A DNA stretch of 64,000 nt from Pecten maximus (Eukaryota): positions 30,659,465-30,723,464 of the forward strand of contig NC_047022.1 of NCBI RefSeq assembly GCF_902652985.1. The letters are read 5' to 3'. The notes under the pieces are model-generated. The model made no database searches, was not told the origin of the DNA, and saw only the letters and a list, made by a program, of their open reading frames with translations. A program made the translations under genes and the position numbers. This document shows, one piece after another, positions 11,320 through 23,516 of the stretch; position 1 is the first letter of the stretch, and each line of letters starts with the position of its first letter.

Positions 11320-12110
11320 CTGCAAATATACAAATTACACTATGACCTTGACCTTAACATTAGCAACTTTTTAAATTCCTATTGCACATCTGTATATCAA
11401 AGAGCATTACCATGCATGTGATATCTGGAATATTTTGCATTGTTTAAGGATTTTGTATGATGTACTTGAAAGCACATTCCTGTTATATTTTCAGTAACAG
11501 TGACCTTGACCTTGACCTTAAGGACATTTTAAACCAATAATGTGCATCAGCATTTCCTAGCGTATTATCATGTTGAGTTTGAACTTCTGTATAGGGCCTT
11601 AGATGATAATTTTTGACAACATATTTTGGGTTGTGGTTTAAGTTACATTTAGCTTAGGTTTTTAAACCCCTTTTGCACGTCAGTATAACACCAAGATTAC
11701 ATTTCAATGAAAAACAGCACAAAAAAACATTTAAGTCGAATGTCTGGATGGCCAGTCAGACTAACAGATTACTGGCAAACCTGAAGTACCCTAACCCTAT
11801 CCCTCTGACATAGAAGCCAACAAAACACATAATAACTAATACACTTTTGACAGTAGAATATGGAGCTAAAACCTGTGAACACTTGACTGCTAGCTAAAAT
11901 AAGTGTGACATTGACATTAATTTTCAAAGCTGAAAAGCAATTGCAAGCAAGCACTTTTAAATTAAGAAAGAAGCATTGGATGAAGTATCAGTTTGATTGG
12001 CAAAAGCAAACTCAAGTTATTGCATGGAAACTGATTCTCTACATTTAGCAACAGTGACCTTGACCTTTGACACAGAAAAGCAAGCCCAAGCAAGCACTTT
12101 CAATAAGAAA
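11320..12110. repeat. ~190-bp dispersed/tandem repeat x3 containing (tgacct)n-like cagtgaccttgaccttgacc motifs
   Basis: Related units lie at 11330-11520, 11520-11700 and 11950-12100. The motif also occurs at 34305. Confidence 0.4.
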
Positions 12111-12235
12111 GCACTGTATGAAGTTTGAGTTCTATTGCCCCAAGGAAGCTTTTCCACCGAAATAAAAAGTGCTGACTGACAGACACAGTGATTACTATAG
12201 GACACCTGCACTTGTAGAGAGAAATATAAATTTAC

Positions 12236-12418
12236 CAAGATCTGATACAGTAACCTCATTCTTCAATGGAAAGCGGTCATGAATCAACCTCTGTTGGTCT
12301 TGGACAATTCCTTCTATCTTGTAGATTTTGTCCTTTAAATCAGCCACAGTATCCGTACTAGACACCGTCACACAAACAGTCTTACCAGTAAGTGTTTTTA
12401 CTTCGATTGTCGACAAGA
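12236..12418 (-). CDS. Ubiquitin-like domain, N-terminal exon ([60 protein letters not shown])
   Basis: The peptide has the beta-grasp ubiquitin pattern (cf. [58 protein letters not shown]). The acceptor is tttttctcattccag|TC and the donor is G|gtaaat (phase 1). Confidence 0.7.
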
Positions 12419-12902
12419 CTGGAATGAGAAAAACAGATTTTTTATGAGAATTGCTTAAATATAAAAGGACATCACTTCGGTTACATATACATCCGAGTAC
12501 CATTATATAATAGATGTTTGACAATTTTATTGGATTGGATTTCAAAAGTGGCTCCAAAATATCAATCAATAGAGTGCAGCATACAAACTAGGTATACAAT
12601 ATAAATTTTACCAATCTCTTTCAATCAGAATATATCATATGTTGAACAATATCTTCAAAAAAATGGATTTGACTTTGCATATTCAAAAGTATTTTTTTTG
12701 TTACATAATGCCACCTCATTTGAATGTTATACATTATTGTTTCAAGGTTTTTTTATTACTTTTATTACACACAGCAGACCCTAATTATATTTCTTTTTTT
12801 TTCACCTGGCTGATTGAATATCTGTCAAAAAAATGAGAAACAAATTTTGAAAATCCATGCTACAGCCACCTAATTTCTTATTGTTTCAGTAAAAAAACTT
12901 AC

Positions 12903-12990
12903 TAGGGAAACTTTTACGGAACTCTGTCAACACATTTTGGCTGATATCATCCTTGGAATAGGTGAAGAATTTTTCGACTGCTTCCATGAC
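12903..12990 (-). CDS. Linker exon VMEAVEKFFTYSKDDISQNVLTEFRKSFP, in phase between the last PARP4-like exon and the ubiquitin-like exons
   Basis: The acceptor is tgtttttgaag|GTC and the donor is A|gtaagt (phase 1). Joining to 12418 gives A + TC = Ile. Confidence 0.4.
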
Positions 12991-13439
12991 CTTCAAAAAC
13001 ATAAAACATTGACATCAGAAGTATATAATGCCAATAGTTTTTTTGGACAATTTTATAGTCATCCATGTATGTCTAGGGCTACCAACGTAAAAACACACAG
13101 CTAGATATGGAAACAACAGGTTCACAATGTACCATTATAATCTTTGCTGGTACCCAAACAATGGAAAAATGATAGTAACAAAAAAAAAATCCCCCAAAAA
13201 ACAATAACCAAAAATATTAGAGTATGCAGTATTCATGGGAAACATTCTCATTGAAAATTATATACCAATGTTATCAAAATCTTCTATTTGAATTTCACTG
13301 CTCAAGCTTCATGGTCACACCTGCTTCATTGAAAGAAAATACAATCACATTACTTTTAGTAATACTTATCAAATATATGGTCACATTGCTTCAGCTATTT
13401 AGGAATAGTAGAACTTTAATTAAGATATCTTTAACACTA

Positions 13440-13720
13440 CATTGCTGAGCTCTGAAACTCAAATTTGATCGCCTCCTGTCATCAGATTTTTCGGAAGTTG
13501 CTGCGCTGTAATCATAGTTCTTACATCATAAATCTACTCTCCAAGACTCAAATTTGGTCGCCTCTTGTCGTCATATTTTTCGGAAGTTGCAGCGCTGTAA
13601 TCATAGTTCTTACATCATAAATCTACTCTTCATGACTCAAATTTGTTCGCCTCCTCTAGCCGACAATATTTTTGATATTACATCACCGAGATCCGAGACT
13701 CAAATTTGGTCGCCTCCCAT
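13440..13720. repeat. ~100-bp tandem repeat x ~2.7 (..ctcaaatttg(a/g)tcgcctc(c/t)tg..cggaagttgc(t/a)gcgctgtaatcatagttcttacatcataaatctactct..)
   Basis: Direct repeats are visible in the sequence. Confidence 0.6.
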
Positions 13721-14444
13721 TGTGAGAGTTTTTGGAGGTTACTTAGTTATATCATTTAGGAATGAAATGTCTGTTAACACTTCAGCATCTTCATGCTCGT
13801 GAATCAAAACCTTTTTTTACATAGCATTCCATTATAGAAAATGGTTCTGTATACATGTTAAGCTAGCATCTGCCTTTGGCCTCAGGAAAGCCGAAGGGTT
13901 CATGGTTGTTTTTTCAACTACCATATTGATTACTCTTGCTGTATCTTACTGTATTTTCTAGTACTGTTTATATATCATGTGATTGTGTTTGTGCTCAATG
14001 TGTCTTGATGAAGGTGTGGATTGCCTCGAAAATTTGACATCTAGCCTTCATTGTCCATACTGCTGGAATTACTTCTCTGTTCCATATTAACATTTCAAGT
14101 AATTCGTATCCTGCAGACATACATTTGTAATTCGTATCCTGCAGACATACATTTGTAAGGATCCAGTGTTATCTAGAAAATTACTGACTATATTACATGT
14201 ACTTCTTTGACCCATATATTTATTTATATAATTATATATACATATACATATAGTCTCAGCATGAATGCATTCACATCATTTACATCTTAAGCTTGCTACT
14301 ACAATATTAAAACACTTTTACATTAGACCAGTCTCATTCACAAAACAAAGCATATTCTTGCATCACATACATTATACAAAACATACACGTGCAAAACTAA
14401 GCACACACACCCTCACACACAAGATTTAGGTCTAGGTACGTCAC

Positions 14445-14591
14445 CTTTTCCCTGAGGTCGTAGTTGGTATCAGTCTGAAGGCATGGTTTGTAATCTAAGA
14501 TAGACACATAGGCTCTGTTAGCTTCCAGTTGTGAAAAATTCTCTGCAATCAAGGCTTTCCTCAACAGCTCTTCCACAATTTCCACTGGTTC
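14445..14591 (-). CDS. PARP4: PARP4-like exon 28 (EPVEIVEELLRKALIAENFSQLEANRAYVSILDYKPCLQTDTNYDLREK)
   Basis: A 49-codon open exon with acceptor ctag| and donor AAG|gtgacg, in phase 0 with exon 27. The peptide lies in the region of human PARP4 beyond VWA and has no strong motif. Confidence 0.5.
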
Positions 14592-15139
14592 CTAGATCAT
14601 CATCAAGTAGAAAAAAACAGGATACCTAGCTGTGTCACACTCATATATGTTATCCTGCTAGACCACTATTTGTTAATACAAGGTCACCATAAATGTTAGT
14701 ACTGTACCAGCTATGAAAATATCAAAAGTAACCAAGAAAGAATGTAACAAATATTTCATGTTATGTATACTGTAAATCACTTATATTGCGCAAATATCTT
14801 ATTTCGCTAACTTCACTCTTCAGACATATTTGCGAAGATATGACTTACGATTGCTGACCTTGAAAAGTCTAGAAAAAATTGTGAATGATGAGCTATTGGA
14901 GTCATGAACTCAGTAAGACTCCTTCATTGGAAGTCAATCGCTTGGCTGCCATCCCAAGGTGTTGTTTTTGTATAAATAATCGTGAAACATTTGAATTCAC
15001 AATTAACTCTCCATGTGTATTAATACGAAAAATGAATCCCACATGAAATATCTGTTCAGTGAATCGCAGTATATATAAACAAGTGCAATCAATGATTGTG
15101 AAAGCTCACCGGCGGCAGCAATCACACTATGCATTCACT

Positions 15140-15678
15140 TTTATGTATGTATAAGCATGTCATTTTGAAATTGAACGTCACATAATATCGTTCCCAGACC
15201 TCTAATGGATGTATAAACCAAATAAGAAGGGTATGAACTTACAAGCTTTCCAAAACTTATCCCAAAAATATTTAAAGAGGGTTTTTGTGCCAAAAAAATA
15301 AGTCCACTAAATGGTAAAATGCCAAAAAAGATTGTATGATTTTGATATAACATCACTCCTGGACATCTAACGAATGCATAAACCAAATTAGAATGGTGTG
15401 AAAGCATAATTTTGGAATTACCCCAAAAACTTTAAAGTGGATTTTGGTACTAAAAAAGTTAAGTTCACAAAATGTAACGTAAAATGTAAAATGCGAAAAA
15501 ACCCAAAAAATGTTCTGCATGATTTTGCCATAATATTACTTCTAGACCTCTACTTTTGGACTTAGAAGCTTTCCAAAAACTGATCCCAAAAACTTTATAG
15601 TTTTGGGGTGGGACGCCAACGCGGACGCCGGGGTGACAGCATTACCTCTTGGTTACTTGTAACCGGTGAGCTAAAAAT
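15140..15678 (+). mobile_element. HINE-like element (2.5 units of ~150 bp plus tail)
   Basis: The tail ..tttggggtgggacgccaacgcggacgccggggtgacag.. is followed by the hairpin ggttac-ttg-taacc and ggtgagctaaaaatg. Confidence 0.45.
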
Positions 15679-15879
15679 GAAATTGTTGTTAATTCTTTTT
15701 TTAGTTAATTTGATATTTTCATGTTTGGTGCAATACAAACATCATGGTAACCTTGTGTTAACCAATAGAAGACTAGCTGATAATTTAACACAACTTCTAT
15801 TTATCTTAGTTCCTCATCAATCAGGAAACCACTAATGCTGATACACAATAAACATTTAATGTAATTCAGACTTGGTCTA

Positions 15880-16320
15880 ACAATTCAATGGAATAAAATT
15901 GCGGACATGTTTGTAGACCTTTGTTATGATGTCAGCCATTTTGGAATGAACACGGAAGCACAACAATATCAAAACATCCGGTGACGAATGCGCCTGCACA
16001 ATCTTTGTTTACCTATATATAAGTTCAGGTTCATTTAATCTTCACATTTTGCTAGTGTTATGCATTTCTCAAATCGTATGCATGCATGTTGAAAACATCT
16101 ACTGAATATATTTCAACATTTTCAAGAAAACTACCTAAAACGAAGATATTTTTACAAGTAAATTATTTGAAGCATAAGGCCATGGCTGTATTTCATTAAA
16201 ACAGGAAGTATATGGCGTTTTGGAGAATGTGGTTACCAAATATGGTTATATTTCTCAGTCTAGTTCTGGATTGCAATAACTGAACATTATAATGTTTGTT
16301 TAAAATTGACAGAATACAAT
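15880..16320 (+). repeat. Dispersed repeat copy 1 (~85% identical to 39700-40145, same orientation)
   Basis: Shared blocks are ..gcggacat(g/a)tttg(t/c)agacc..tgtcagcc(a/g)ttttggaatgaacacggaag..catccgg(t/a)gacgaatgcgcctgc..ttatgcatttctcaaatcgtatgcat.. Confidence 0.6.
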
Positions 16321-16843
16321 GATAACTCAGGTAATTTCAAACTACAGTTAGTCACAGCAGTAATAGAATTTTTCACTCAATCAGTCCTTGGTTATATGCT
16401 AAAATTGTTTTATTTTTTTCCTGATTTTTCTCAACTTGTTCTTCTGCTGAAGTATTTGATCAGGTATTGAATCTTGAGAGTGTCAAATCCTCAACATCTG
16501 AGCTCAGTTGTTCAAAAGATGATTAGGCTAATAAGAATTTAACAATTTCAAAATCGTGATTAAATCATTTTTGGTAAAACTATCTTGACAAAATTTCATG
16601 CAACAATCACACTTATCAGTCTCTTCCGACCTGCCCATTTCAAGGAATATACCTACCAGGTACACAGATTTGGAAGTAAGCAGAAATGAGAATTTCACTA
16701 ATCAAGTGATTATTATTATTATAAGCTAATCACCTGTAGAACAGCTGTGCCTTGCTAATAACTGTAAAATGTATCCATTAAATTAATATTGTAGCATGCA
16801 ACATCAGACAACTAATAACACAGGGCAGTTCAGGCCAACTTAC

Positions 16844-16951
16844 CTTTTCATCAAAAACATCTGGGTTCTGCCACCCAACATAATCTAAAATGTCCACTGT
16901 TTCCTCAGCTACAAGTTCATCAATAGACGGACCCTCCATTACCTTTTCATT
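16844..16951 (-). CDS. PARP4: PARP4-like exon 27 (NEKVMEGPSIDELVAEETVDILDYVGWQNPDVFDEK)
   Basis: Matches human PARP4 ..SELIAKEDVDFLPYMSWQGEPQ... The donor is AAG|gtaagt; the acceptor choice is uncertain. Confidence 0.6.
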
Positions 16952-17228
16952 CTATTAAGAGTAAAATGGTAAGAAAACACAATTTATCACATTTTCTTTG
17001 ACAAAAATGTTTAACTAGAACATGTTTTAAGCATGGATGCTCCTTGTCCCATGCACAATGTCACTGATTTTTCATAAATAGTAACAGTGACCGTGTTTAA
17101 CAAACTCCTACAATATATTATCATTCTTGAGCAGTGTATAAACTTTAAGTTTGATTTAAATTCCTAAAGTAATTAAGTCACTAATAGTAATGAAATAAAT
17201 TACTTTATCAACCTTGACCTTGGAACCT

Positions 17229-17620
17229 TACAAGAGGCCCATAGGCCTGATCTGTCACCTGAGTTCACACTGATAGAAGATGTACGTTTTGCTTTTAAAG
17301 CAATTAAACACATCTCTCACCTAAAATAGTTCAAGATTTGTTTATCCTAGCATGCTAATTGATTATTAACATGGCCCGGTATCATGGCCCTGGGCCTCTT
17401 GGTTATTGAGAAGTCCTTTGAAGAAATTTTACACTTTTCATCCCCGTAACTTTTAAAGTAGGTCAGTCATTCATTTGAACAAATTTGGTAGACCTTCATC
17501 CTATCATGCTACAGGCCCACTGCAATAACCCTCTGTCTCTTGGTTATTGAGATGAAGATTTTAACATATTTGGACCCGGTAACCTTGAAAGTACTTCCTC
17601 CCAGCACGCTAACGGATAAC
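17229..17620 (+). repeat. Head motif (acaagaggcccataggcctgatctgtcacctgag) followed by ttattgagaag-type units, related to 2100-2440
   Basis: Sequence similarity to the other heads and to the 2100-2440 units. Confidence 0.4.
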
Positions 17621-17678
17621 TTTCAGTACTAAGATATGTGACTTTACAGGAGAATGGTATTCAAAACATAAAACAAAC

Positions 17679-17780
17679 CTGATCTCTTTCCTCAATGGCC
17701 ACAAAGCTAGTGTAGGGGGTTACTATGGAGTACTCTGTACTCAGCTGTATAATGGTATTCTTCCTTTCCTGTTTCAGCAC
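17679..17780 (-). CDS. PARP4: PARP4-like exon 26 (VLKQERKNTIIQLSTEYSIVTPYTSFVAIEERDQ)
   Basis: Matches human PARP4 ..LITQFTSFVAVEKRDE... The acceptor is ttttttag| and the donor CAG|gtttgt is weak. Confidence 0.65.
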
Positions 17781-18310
17781 CTAAAAAAATGATCACTAGC
17801 TTGGTCAAGTACAAATGTAAGCTCTAATTTGGATTGGTATTGTCATTGTACTGTCATTTCTCCCTTGAGTACTGTATTGGTAATCTGTAGTTTAAAAGTT
17901 TCCATACCACTTTCAGGAAAACTGTCAAGTGGTTGAAATTAAAGTCATGTTAATAGTGTACATGTATCTATATGCATGGTAGAAAATGGAATTTTCACAT
18001 CAAGTTTCGTAACTCTGTAGTTATCTTGAATGGTTGACTTAGGGAAAATATTAAAAATAAAATCTTACCAATATTAAAAGATGAACAGAGGATAGATGAC
18101 AGAGGTCACTCTATAACATAAGCTACCTGGTCATTTCAACCAGGTGAGCAAAGACTTCATGGAACTCTAATTGCCATGGTAATCATTTACATGAGTTAAA
18201 TTCAGAGGCATGCCTAAGAAACCACTTCTAAGTTCACAAAATATTGAAATTATATGAGACATATCATATAAGCATAATTAGGACAGTTAGAACAGTGTCC
18301 GATTACCTAC

Positions 18311-18391
18311 CCGTTGTTTGATCTTATCCTCACAGAGGATTCCATCCTCATAGTCACGTATCAAGGCACGAGCTGTCAGCTGATGCAGCAT
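18311..18391 (-). CDS. PARP4: PARP4-like exon 25 (MLHQLTARALIRDYEDGILCEDKIKQR)
   Basis: Near-identical to human PARP4 TMIHKLAARALIRDYEDGILHENE. The acceptor is ttgtttttag| and the donor is CGG|gtaggt. Confidence 0.8.
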
Positions 18392-18580
18392 CTAAAAACA
18401 ACAAATATCTAATCAGAAATCAGACTCATGTAATTCATAAGAGGCTATTTATATCTAAATAATATGCCAGGAGAGGACTTTAAAACCTTTGAAGCCAACC
18501 TACTTCTGAACAGTGTGATGATAGAAAGGGTCGATTAGAATATAGCTTGATCAAAAGTGTGTGATGAAAAATTAACACCA

Positions 18581-20016
18581 AACAAGAGGCCCAGGGGCCT
18601 TAACGGTCATCTGACTCTAAATCAAAGACCCTTATACTATTGTAGTATGCATTCTCTGTAGCAGGTTTAGTGGCACTGTTGGCCATGATGGCCATCTTGG
18701 ATTTCTGACTGACCCAATAAATAACAACACTTGGTCAGAACCATCTCAGGATCATTTCTGGCAAGTAAGAGCTGAATCCCACTGGTGGAATTTGAGAAGA
18801 AGTTTGAAATAGGTATTTTTCAGGAAAAACCTTGATTGCGCAATCGTGTTAAAAAAATGGCACCGTTGCTGCCATTTCAAAGTTTTACGAAGCCGAAAAA
18901 TAACAACACTTTGTTGACTCTCTTTCCTTAACATCCTTACCAATTTTCAGCTCAATCGCACCAGTGGAACTGGAGAAGAAGTTTAAATGTGTTTTTCAAG
19001 ATGGCTGCCATGGCGGCCATCTTGGATTTCTGACTGACCCGATAAATAACAACACTTGGCCAGGACCATCTCAGGATCATTTCTGGTAAGTTACAGCTGA
19101 ATCCCACTCGTGGAATTTGAGAAGAAGTTTGAAATGGGTGTTGTTCAGGAAAACCATGATTGTGCAATTATTTTACAAAATGGCCACCATGATATGGCTG
19201 CCATGTCAAAGTTTTTACGAGGCCGAAAAATAACAACACTTTGTTGCCTCTCCTTCCTTAACATCCTCACCAATTTCCAGCTCAATGGCACCAGTGGAAC
19301 TGGAGAAGAAGTTTAAAATGTGTAATTCAAGATGGTTGCCAATGGCGGCCATCTTAGATTTCTGACCGACTTGAAAAATAACAACACTTGGTCAGGACCA
19401 TCTCAGGATCATTTCTGGTAAGTAAGAGCTCAATCCCACTCGTGGAATTTGAGAAGAAGTTTTAAATAGGTGTTGTTTAGAAGAACCATGATTGCGCAAT
19501 CATTTTACCAAATTATTGCCGTGGCTAGAATGTCAAAGTTTTTACGAAGCCGAAAAATAACAACACTGTATTGGCTCTCCTTCCTTAACATCCTCACCAA
19601 TTTCCATCTCAATCGCACCAGTCGAACTGGAGAAGAAGTTTAAAATGTGTTTTTCAAGATGGTTGCCATGGCGGCCATCTTTGATTTCTGACCGACCTGA
19701 AAAATAACAACACTTCCTCAGGACCATCCCAGGATCATTTCAGGCAAGTTTCAGCTCAATCTCACCAGTGGAACTTGAGAAGAAGTTTCAAATGTGTTTT
19801 CAAAATGGCGGCCATCTTGGATGTCAAACTGACCCGAAAACACTTGGTCAGGACCATCCCAGCATCATTTCAGGCAAGTTTCAGCTCAATCCCACTGGTG
19901 GAACTTGAGAAGAAGTTTGAAATGTGAAAAGTTTACGCACGGCGGACGGCGCACGACGACGGACGAAACATGATGACTATAGGTCATCCTGACCCTTCGG
20001 GTCAGATGACCTAAAA
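18581..20016 (+). mobile_element. HINE/pearl-like element, subfamily B (~7 units of ~190 bp)
   Basis: The head is aacaagaggcccaggggccttaacggtcatctgactc. The tail gcacggcggacggcgcacgacgacggacg is followed by a near-perfect palindrome aggtcatcctgaccc-ttcg-ggtcagatgacct and ctaaaaagag. Confidence 0.65.
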
Positions 20017-20200
20017 AGAGAGATGCTTTCAGTGTATATTTGGCAATCTGGCTTTTGCATTAAGCTGTGGTAGACAGATATTATTAAGTGTTAATTTGAT
20101 TTAAAAAATAAAAATACTTTTTTTTTTGCTTTTTATCTTTTATTTGCAAACTGGATGGGATGATGCTAACAGAAATAAGTGTTGATATAATATTGCTTAC

Positions 20201-20281
20201 TTCCCCTTGTGTAATGTTAAGTTCTGTCGTTGCCACCATGGTAGAAATCTCCATGTTATCAACAGATGCCTTCAGATAAGC
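20201..20281 (-). CDS. PARP4: PARP4-like exon 24 (AYLKASVDNMEISTMVATTELNITQGE)
   Basis: The acceptor is attttacag| and the donor is GAA|gtaagc, in phase 0 with both neighbours. It corresponds to the human PARP4 ..EFRTMVSTTELQKTTG region. Confidence 0.55.
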
Positions 20282-20952
20282 CTGTAAAATAAATCTGTAT
20301 GACAATCTGGAGCAGTGGTACAAAGGGTTACTTCCAATAGATATCAATTTTGATAAGTAACTTAAGAAGATATACAATTGCTGCACAATATTAATATGGT
20401 CAAAGGGTCAAACTCAGTATTAAGACCACTTTTACTCAGTCCCCCAGGTGATTTAATAGAGAGGTTTTACTGTACTTTTAGTTTTATATGCAGAATAATG
20501 AAAATTGCAACCAGGTAAAGAGAAGTAACATTACTTTACAATGGACAGATAAAGCACAATATGGCATTATCTCAAATCTTCCCATCAATTTCTTTCAGTC
20601 TGAAGTGTCTCCATTGTTTTATTTAGCACATTTTTTTATAAACAGCTTCACTGTTTCGTTGTTCTGTATGTTGACAAAGCTTATTTCCCGTTATTAACCC
20701 TGTCACAGAGACACTTGACTAAGGTGTATCATCAGTGTTAAACAATCGTTCCGATGACCTAGATGAATAAGGTCGTCCAATGTTTGATTTTGAGAATGAA
20801 AAACTACATTTCTTGTTGCCTTTACCATGTAAACAGATAACTAAATGGTATTCAGGGTATATTGATATATCGACTAGCGTATCAATATATCAAATTGACC
20901 TATCATATTGCAATATACTGATTTTTCAATAATACTGCTCACCCCTACCACC

Positions 20953-21845
20953 CATGTCCACTACAGTTCAGTAATAAGCCCAATCTAATTAAAATTAGAT
21001 GCTCCTATGGGACTTCCTTAGATCTTGTATTGAAGTGTATCGTAGAGTATTAATGTAGAGGAGCGGAAATTACAAGTCTAATTTTAATTAGATTGGTAAT
21101 AAGCCCATTCATGTCCATAACGGTTCAGAAGTAAGCCTATCCATGTCCATTACAGTTCAGTAATAAGCCCATCCATGTCCACTACAGTTCAGTAATAAGC
21201 CTATCCATGTCCATTACAGTTCAGTAATAAGCTCAGGCCATCCATGTCCATTAGTTCAGTAATAAGCCCACCCGTGTCCACTACAGTTCAGTAATAAGCC
21301 CATCCATGTCCACTACAGTTCAGTAATAAGCCTATACATGTCCACTACAGTTCAGTAATAAGCCCCATGGCCATTACAGTTCGGTAATAAGCTTATCCAT
21401 GTCAATTACAGTTCAGTAATAAGCCTATCCATGTCAATTACAGTACAGTAATAAGCCTATCCATGTCAATTACAGTTCAGTAATAAGCTCAGGCCATTCA
21501 TGTCCACTACAGTTCAGTGATAAGCCCATGGCCATTCATGTCCACTACAGTTCAGTAATAAGCCCATCAATGTCCACTACAGTTCAGTAATAAGCCCATC
21601 CATGTCCATTACAGTTCAGTAATAAGCCCATCCATGTCCATTAGTTCAGTAATAAGCCTATCCATGTCCACTACAGTTCAGTAATGAGTCCATCCATGTC
21701 CACTACAGTTCAGTAATAAGCCCACCCATGTCCACTACAGTTCAGTGATAAGCCCATGGCCATTCATGTCCATTAGTTCAGTAATGAACCCATCGATGTC
21801 CACTACAGTTCAGTAATAAACCCATCGATGTCTATTACAGTTCAT
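20953..21845. repeat. 32-bp tandem array (catgtccactacagttcagtaataagcccatc, ~25 copies), interrupted at 20983-21098 by a ~115-bp palindromic insertion
   Basis: The array is visible by direct repetition. The insertion is flanked by aatctaattaaaattagat / atctaattttaattagatt inverted repeats. Confidence 0.7.
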
Positions 21846-22078
21846 CAGAAATGCCACTTCATGTTTTTTTTATTGTCTTGGGATAATTAAGCCCATCCAC
21901 CTACTTTGAGACTGAGTTTATGAGTTGGCCTCCTGACCATATTGCAAATAACCATTATGATGGTACATGGATTTCTGTAGCAATATTTCAGATCTATTTC
22001 ACTTGGTCTTTTTATGAAGTCAAACACAACTCAACTCAATAGCAATGAAGAGCTAAATGCTTATTCAATAATTCTCAC

Positions 22079-22249
22079 CTGTGTACAGTTGGGTACAAAT
22101 CCGTATACAACCAGTCGTGACCCTGAAAACAGACTAGGAATGTGGTTTGGTGCCTGGAGAGGAGAGTCAGGTGTATCATTGTGTTGCTGCCACTCAACCT
22201 TTACACCTGAGATACCTGGACAACATGCCTTCTGAATCTGTGAGTTAAT
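22079..22249 (-). CDS. PARP4: PARP4-like exon 23 (INSQIQKACCPGISGVKVEWQQHNDTPDSPLQAPNHIPSLFSGSRLVVYGFVPNCTQ)
   Basis: Matches human PARP4 ..SVKWQQLNPDVPEALQAPAQVPSLFLNDRLLVYGFIPHCTQ. The acceptor is cttttcag| and the donor is CAG|gtgaga. Confidence 0.8.
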
Positions 22250-22964
22250 CTGAAAAGTAGGGGAAAATATTATAACTATTGACCTCTATACACTTCCGAG
22301 ATCTCAGAAACAACAACATGTAATTACATGCCAGCAGCCATCACTTTCAGTGTTATTACAAGCTCCAAATTCGATACCAGAAATACTGAGATGTAGAATA
22401 CAAAGACAATTTTAACAATCATGGGGATACCATGTATTATTATATATGTAGTACCTAGCTAATTATATTACTAGGACCAATCAAATTATTCATTTTTATT
22501 GTATTAATTAATTAAATTAACACAAATATTTTAAGATATTTCCTGTGTAAACCATCTTCACTGAGAAAACCCTCCAAACTTTGTCAATGTTAGCACCATT
22601 ACTCCTTTAATATCATGCCTATTTCTGTCTCCCTTATTGCCAGAAGATCTCTAACAATCATTTTTCCTTACTTAATATGAACAATGCTTTTCTCTCATAC
22701 ATTTGTATGCTGTAGGGATGAGATCAAATTAGAGTAAAATAGTCTGAAATTACACTTATGTTGTATCTGAACTTTTACAGTAAGCTTTGAAACACATATA
22801 TAGGAATTCAGTGTTTTAGCTGAAAATCCTCATGCCTGATGTTGCCAAGCCCGCACCAACTCCTGCTTGAAAAATGGCAGTAGTATAATGAGGTTTTAAT
22901 GGTGTTCATAAAACTTTAAAACACAGGCTGAAAACTCATACCACGAGGTATCTCTTATACTCAC

Positions 22965-23064
22965 CCTGGCCTCCCAGACAGAGCGAGTCTTGTAGTTGTA
23001 GTGGTAGTAGGTACCACCTCCTCGAGATGCCAGGCTCCGCATTAGGTGATGGTTCACGTTTGGT
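22965..23064 (-). CDS. PARP4: PARP4-like exon 22 (PNVNHHLMRSLASRGGGTYYHYNYKTRSVWEAR), VWA
   Basis: Matches human PARP4 ..GTSTSLIKGIARASGGTSEF... The phase (2 in, 0 out) is consistent. The acceptor atgaag| is weak; the donor is AGG|gtgagt. Confidence 0.65.
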
Positions 23065-23516
23065 CTTCATGTAAATGACATTACAAAATGTTAATAAATT
23101 AAAGTACTAAAAAATTTACACTCCTCTTAAGTTTGAGCTTCTTTCTCAATAAGAAATAGTATCAAATATAATATTTGGTATGTATCATACGGTCTGTATA
23201 AGCAATCATTGTTATGATGCAGTTATCATTTTTTCTTAATCAATATTTTCCTACCTTTTTTGTTAATATATTATAAGTAACAAATTCATATATTCTATAA
23301 TGTGCATGTCATTTCAAGCATTTTTGTGACATGCAGTGTATATACTGTTAGTGGAGGAAGACATTTTAATTCAAATACAAATGTCAAAATGCATTCAATT
23401 CATCATAAAAAGATCCTGGTTATTATCATTGAATAGGTACTATATTTACATGTGCAGCTTCCTGTTACCAAAGTCATTCAGATCTTTATTTTTTTTTAAT
23501 AATTGTATTGTTTGAT

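Noticed and set aside
17229-18150. A single HINE element spanning 17229-18150 that would contain PARP4-like exon 26
   Set aside because: The head at 17229 is followed by ttattgagaag-type units that end at ~17620, before the exon. The hairpin tail at ~18100-18150 is more likely a separate degenerate fragment, so exonisation is not supported.
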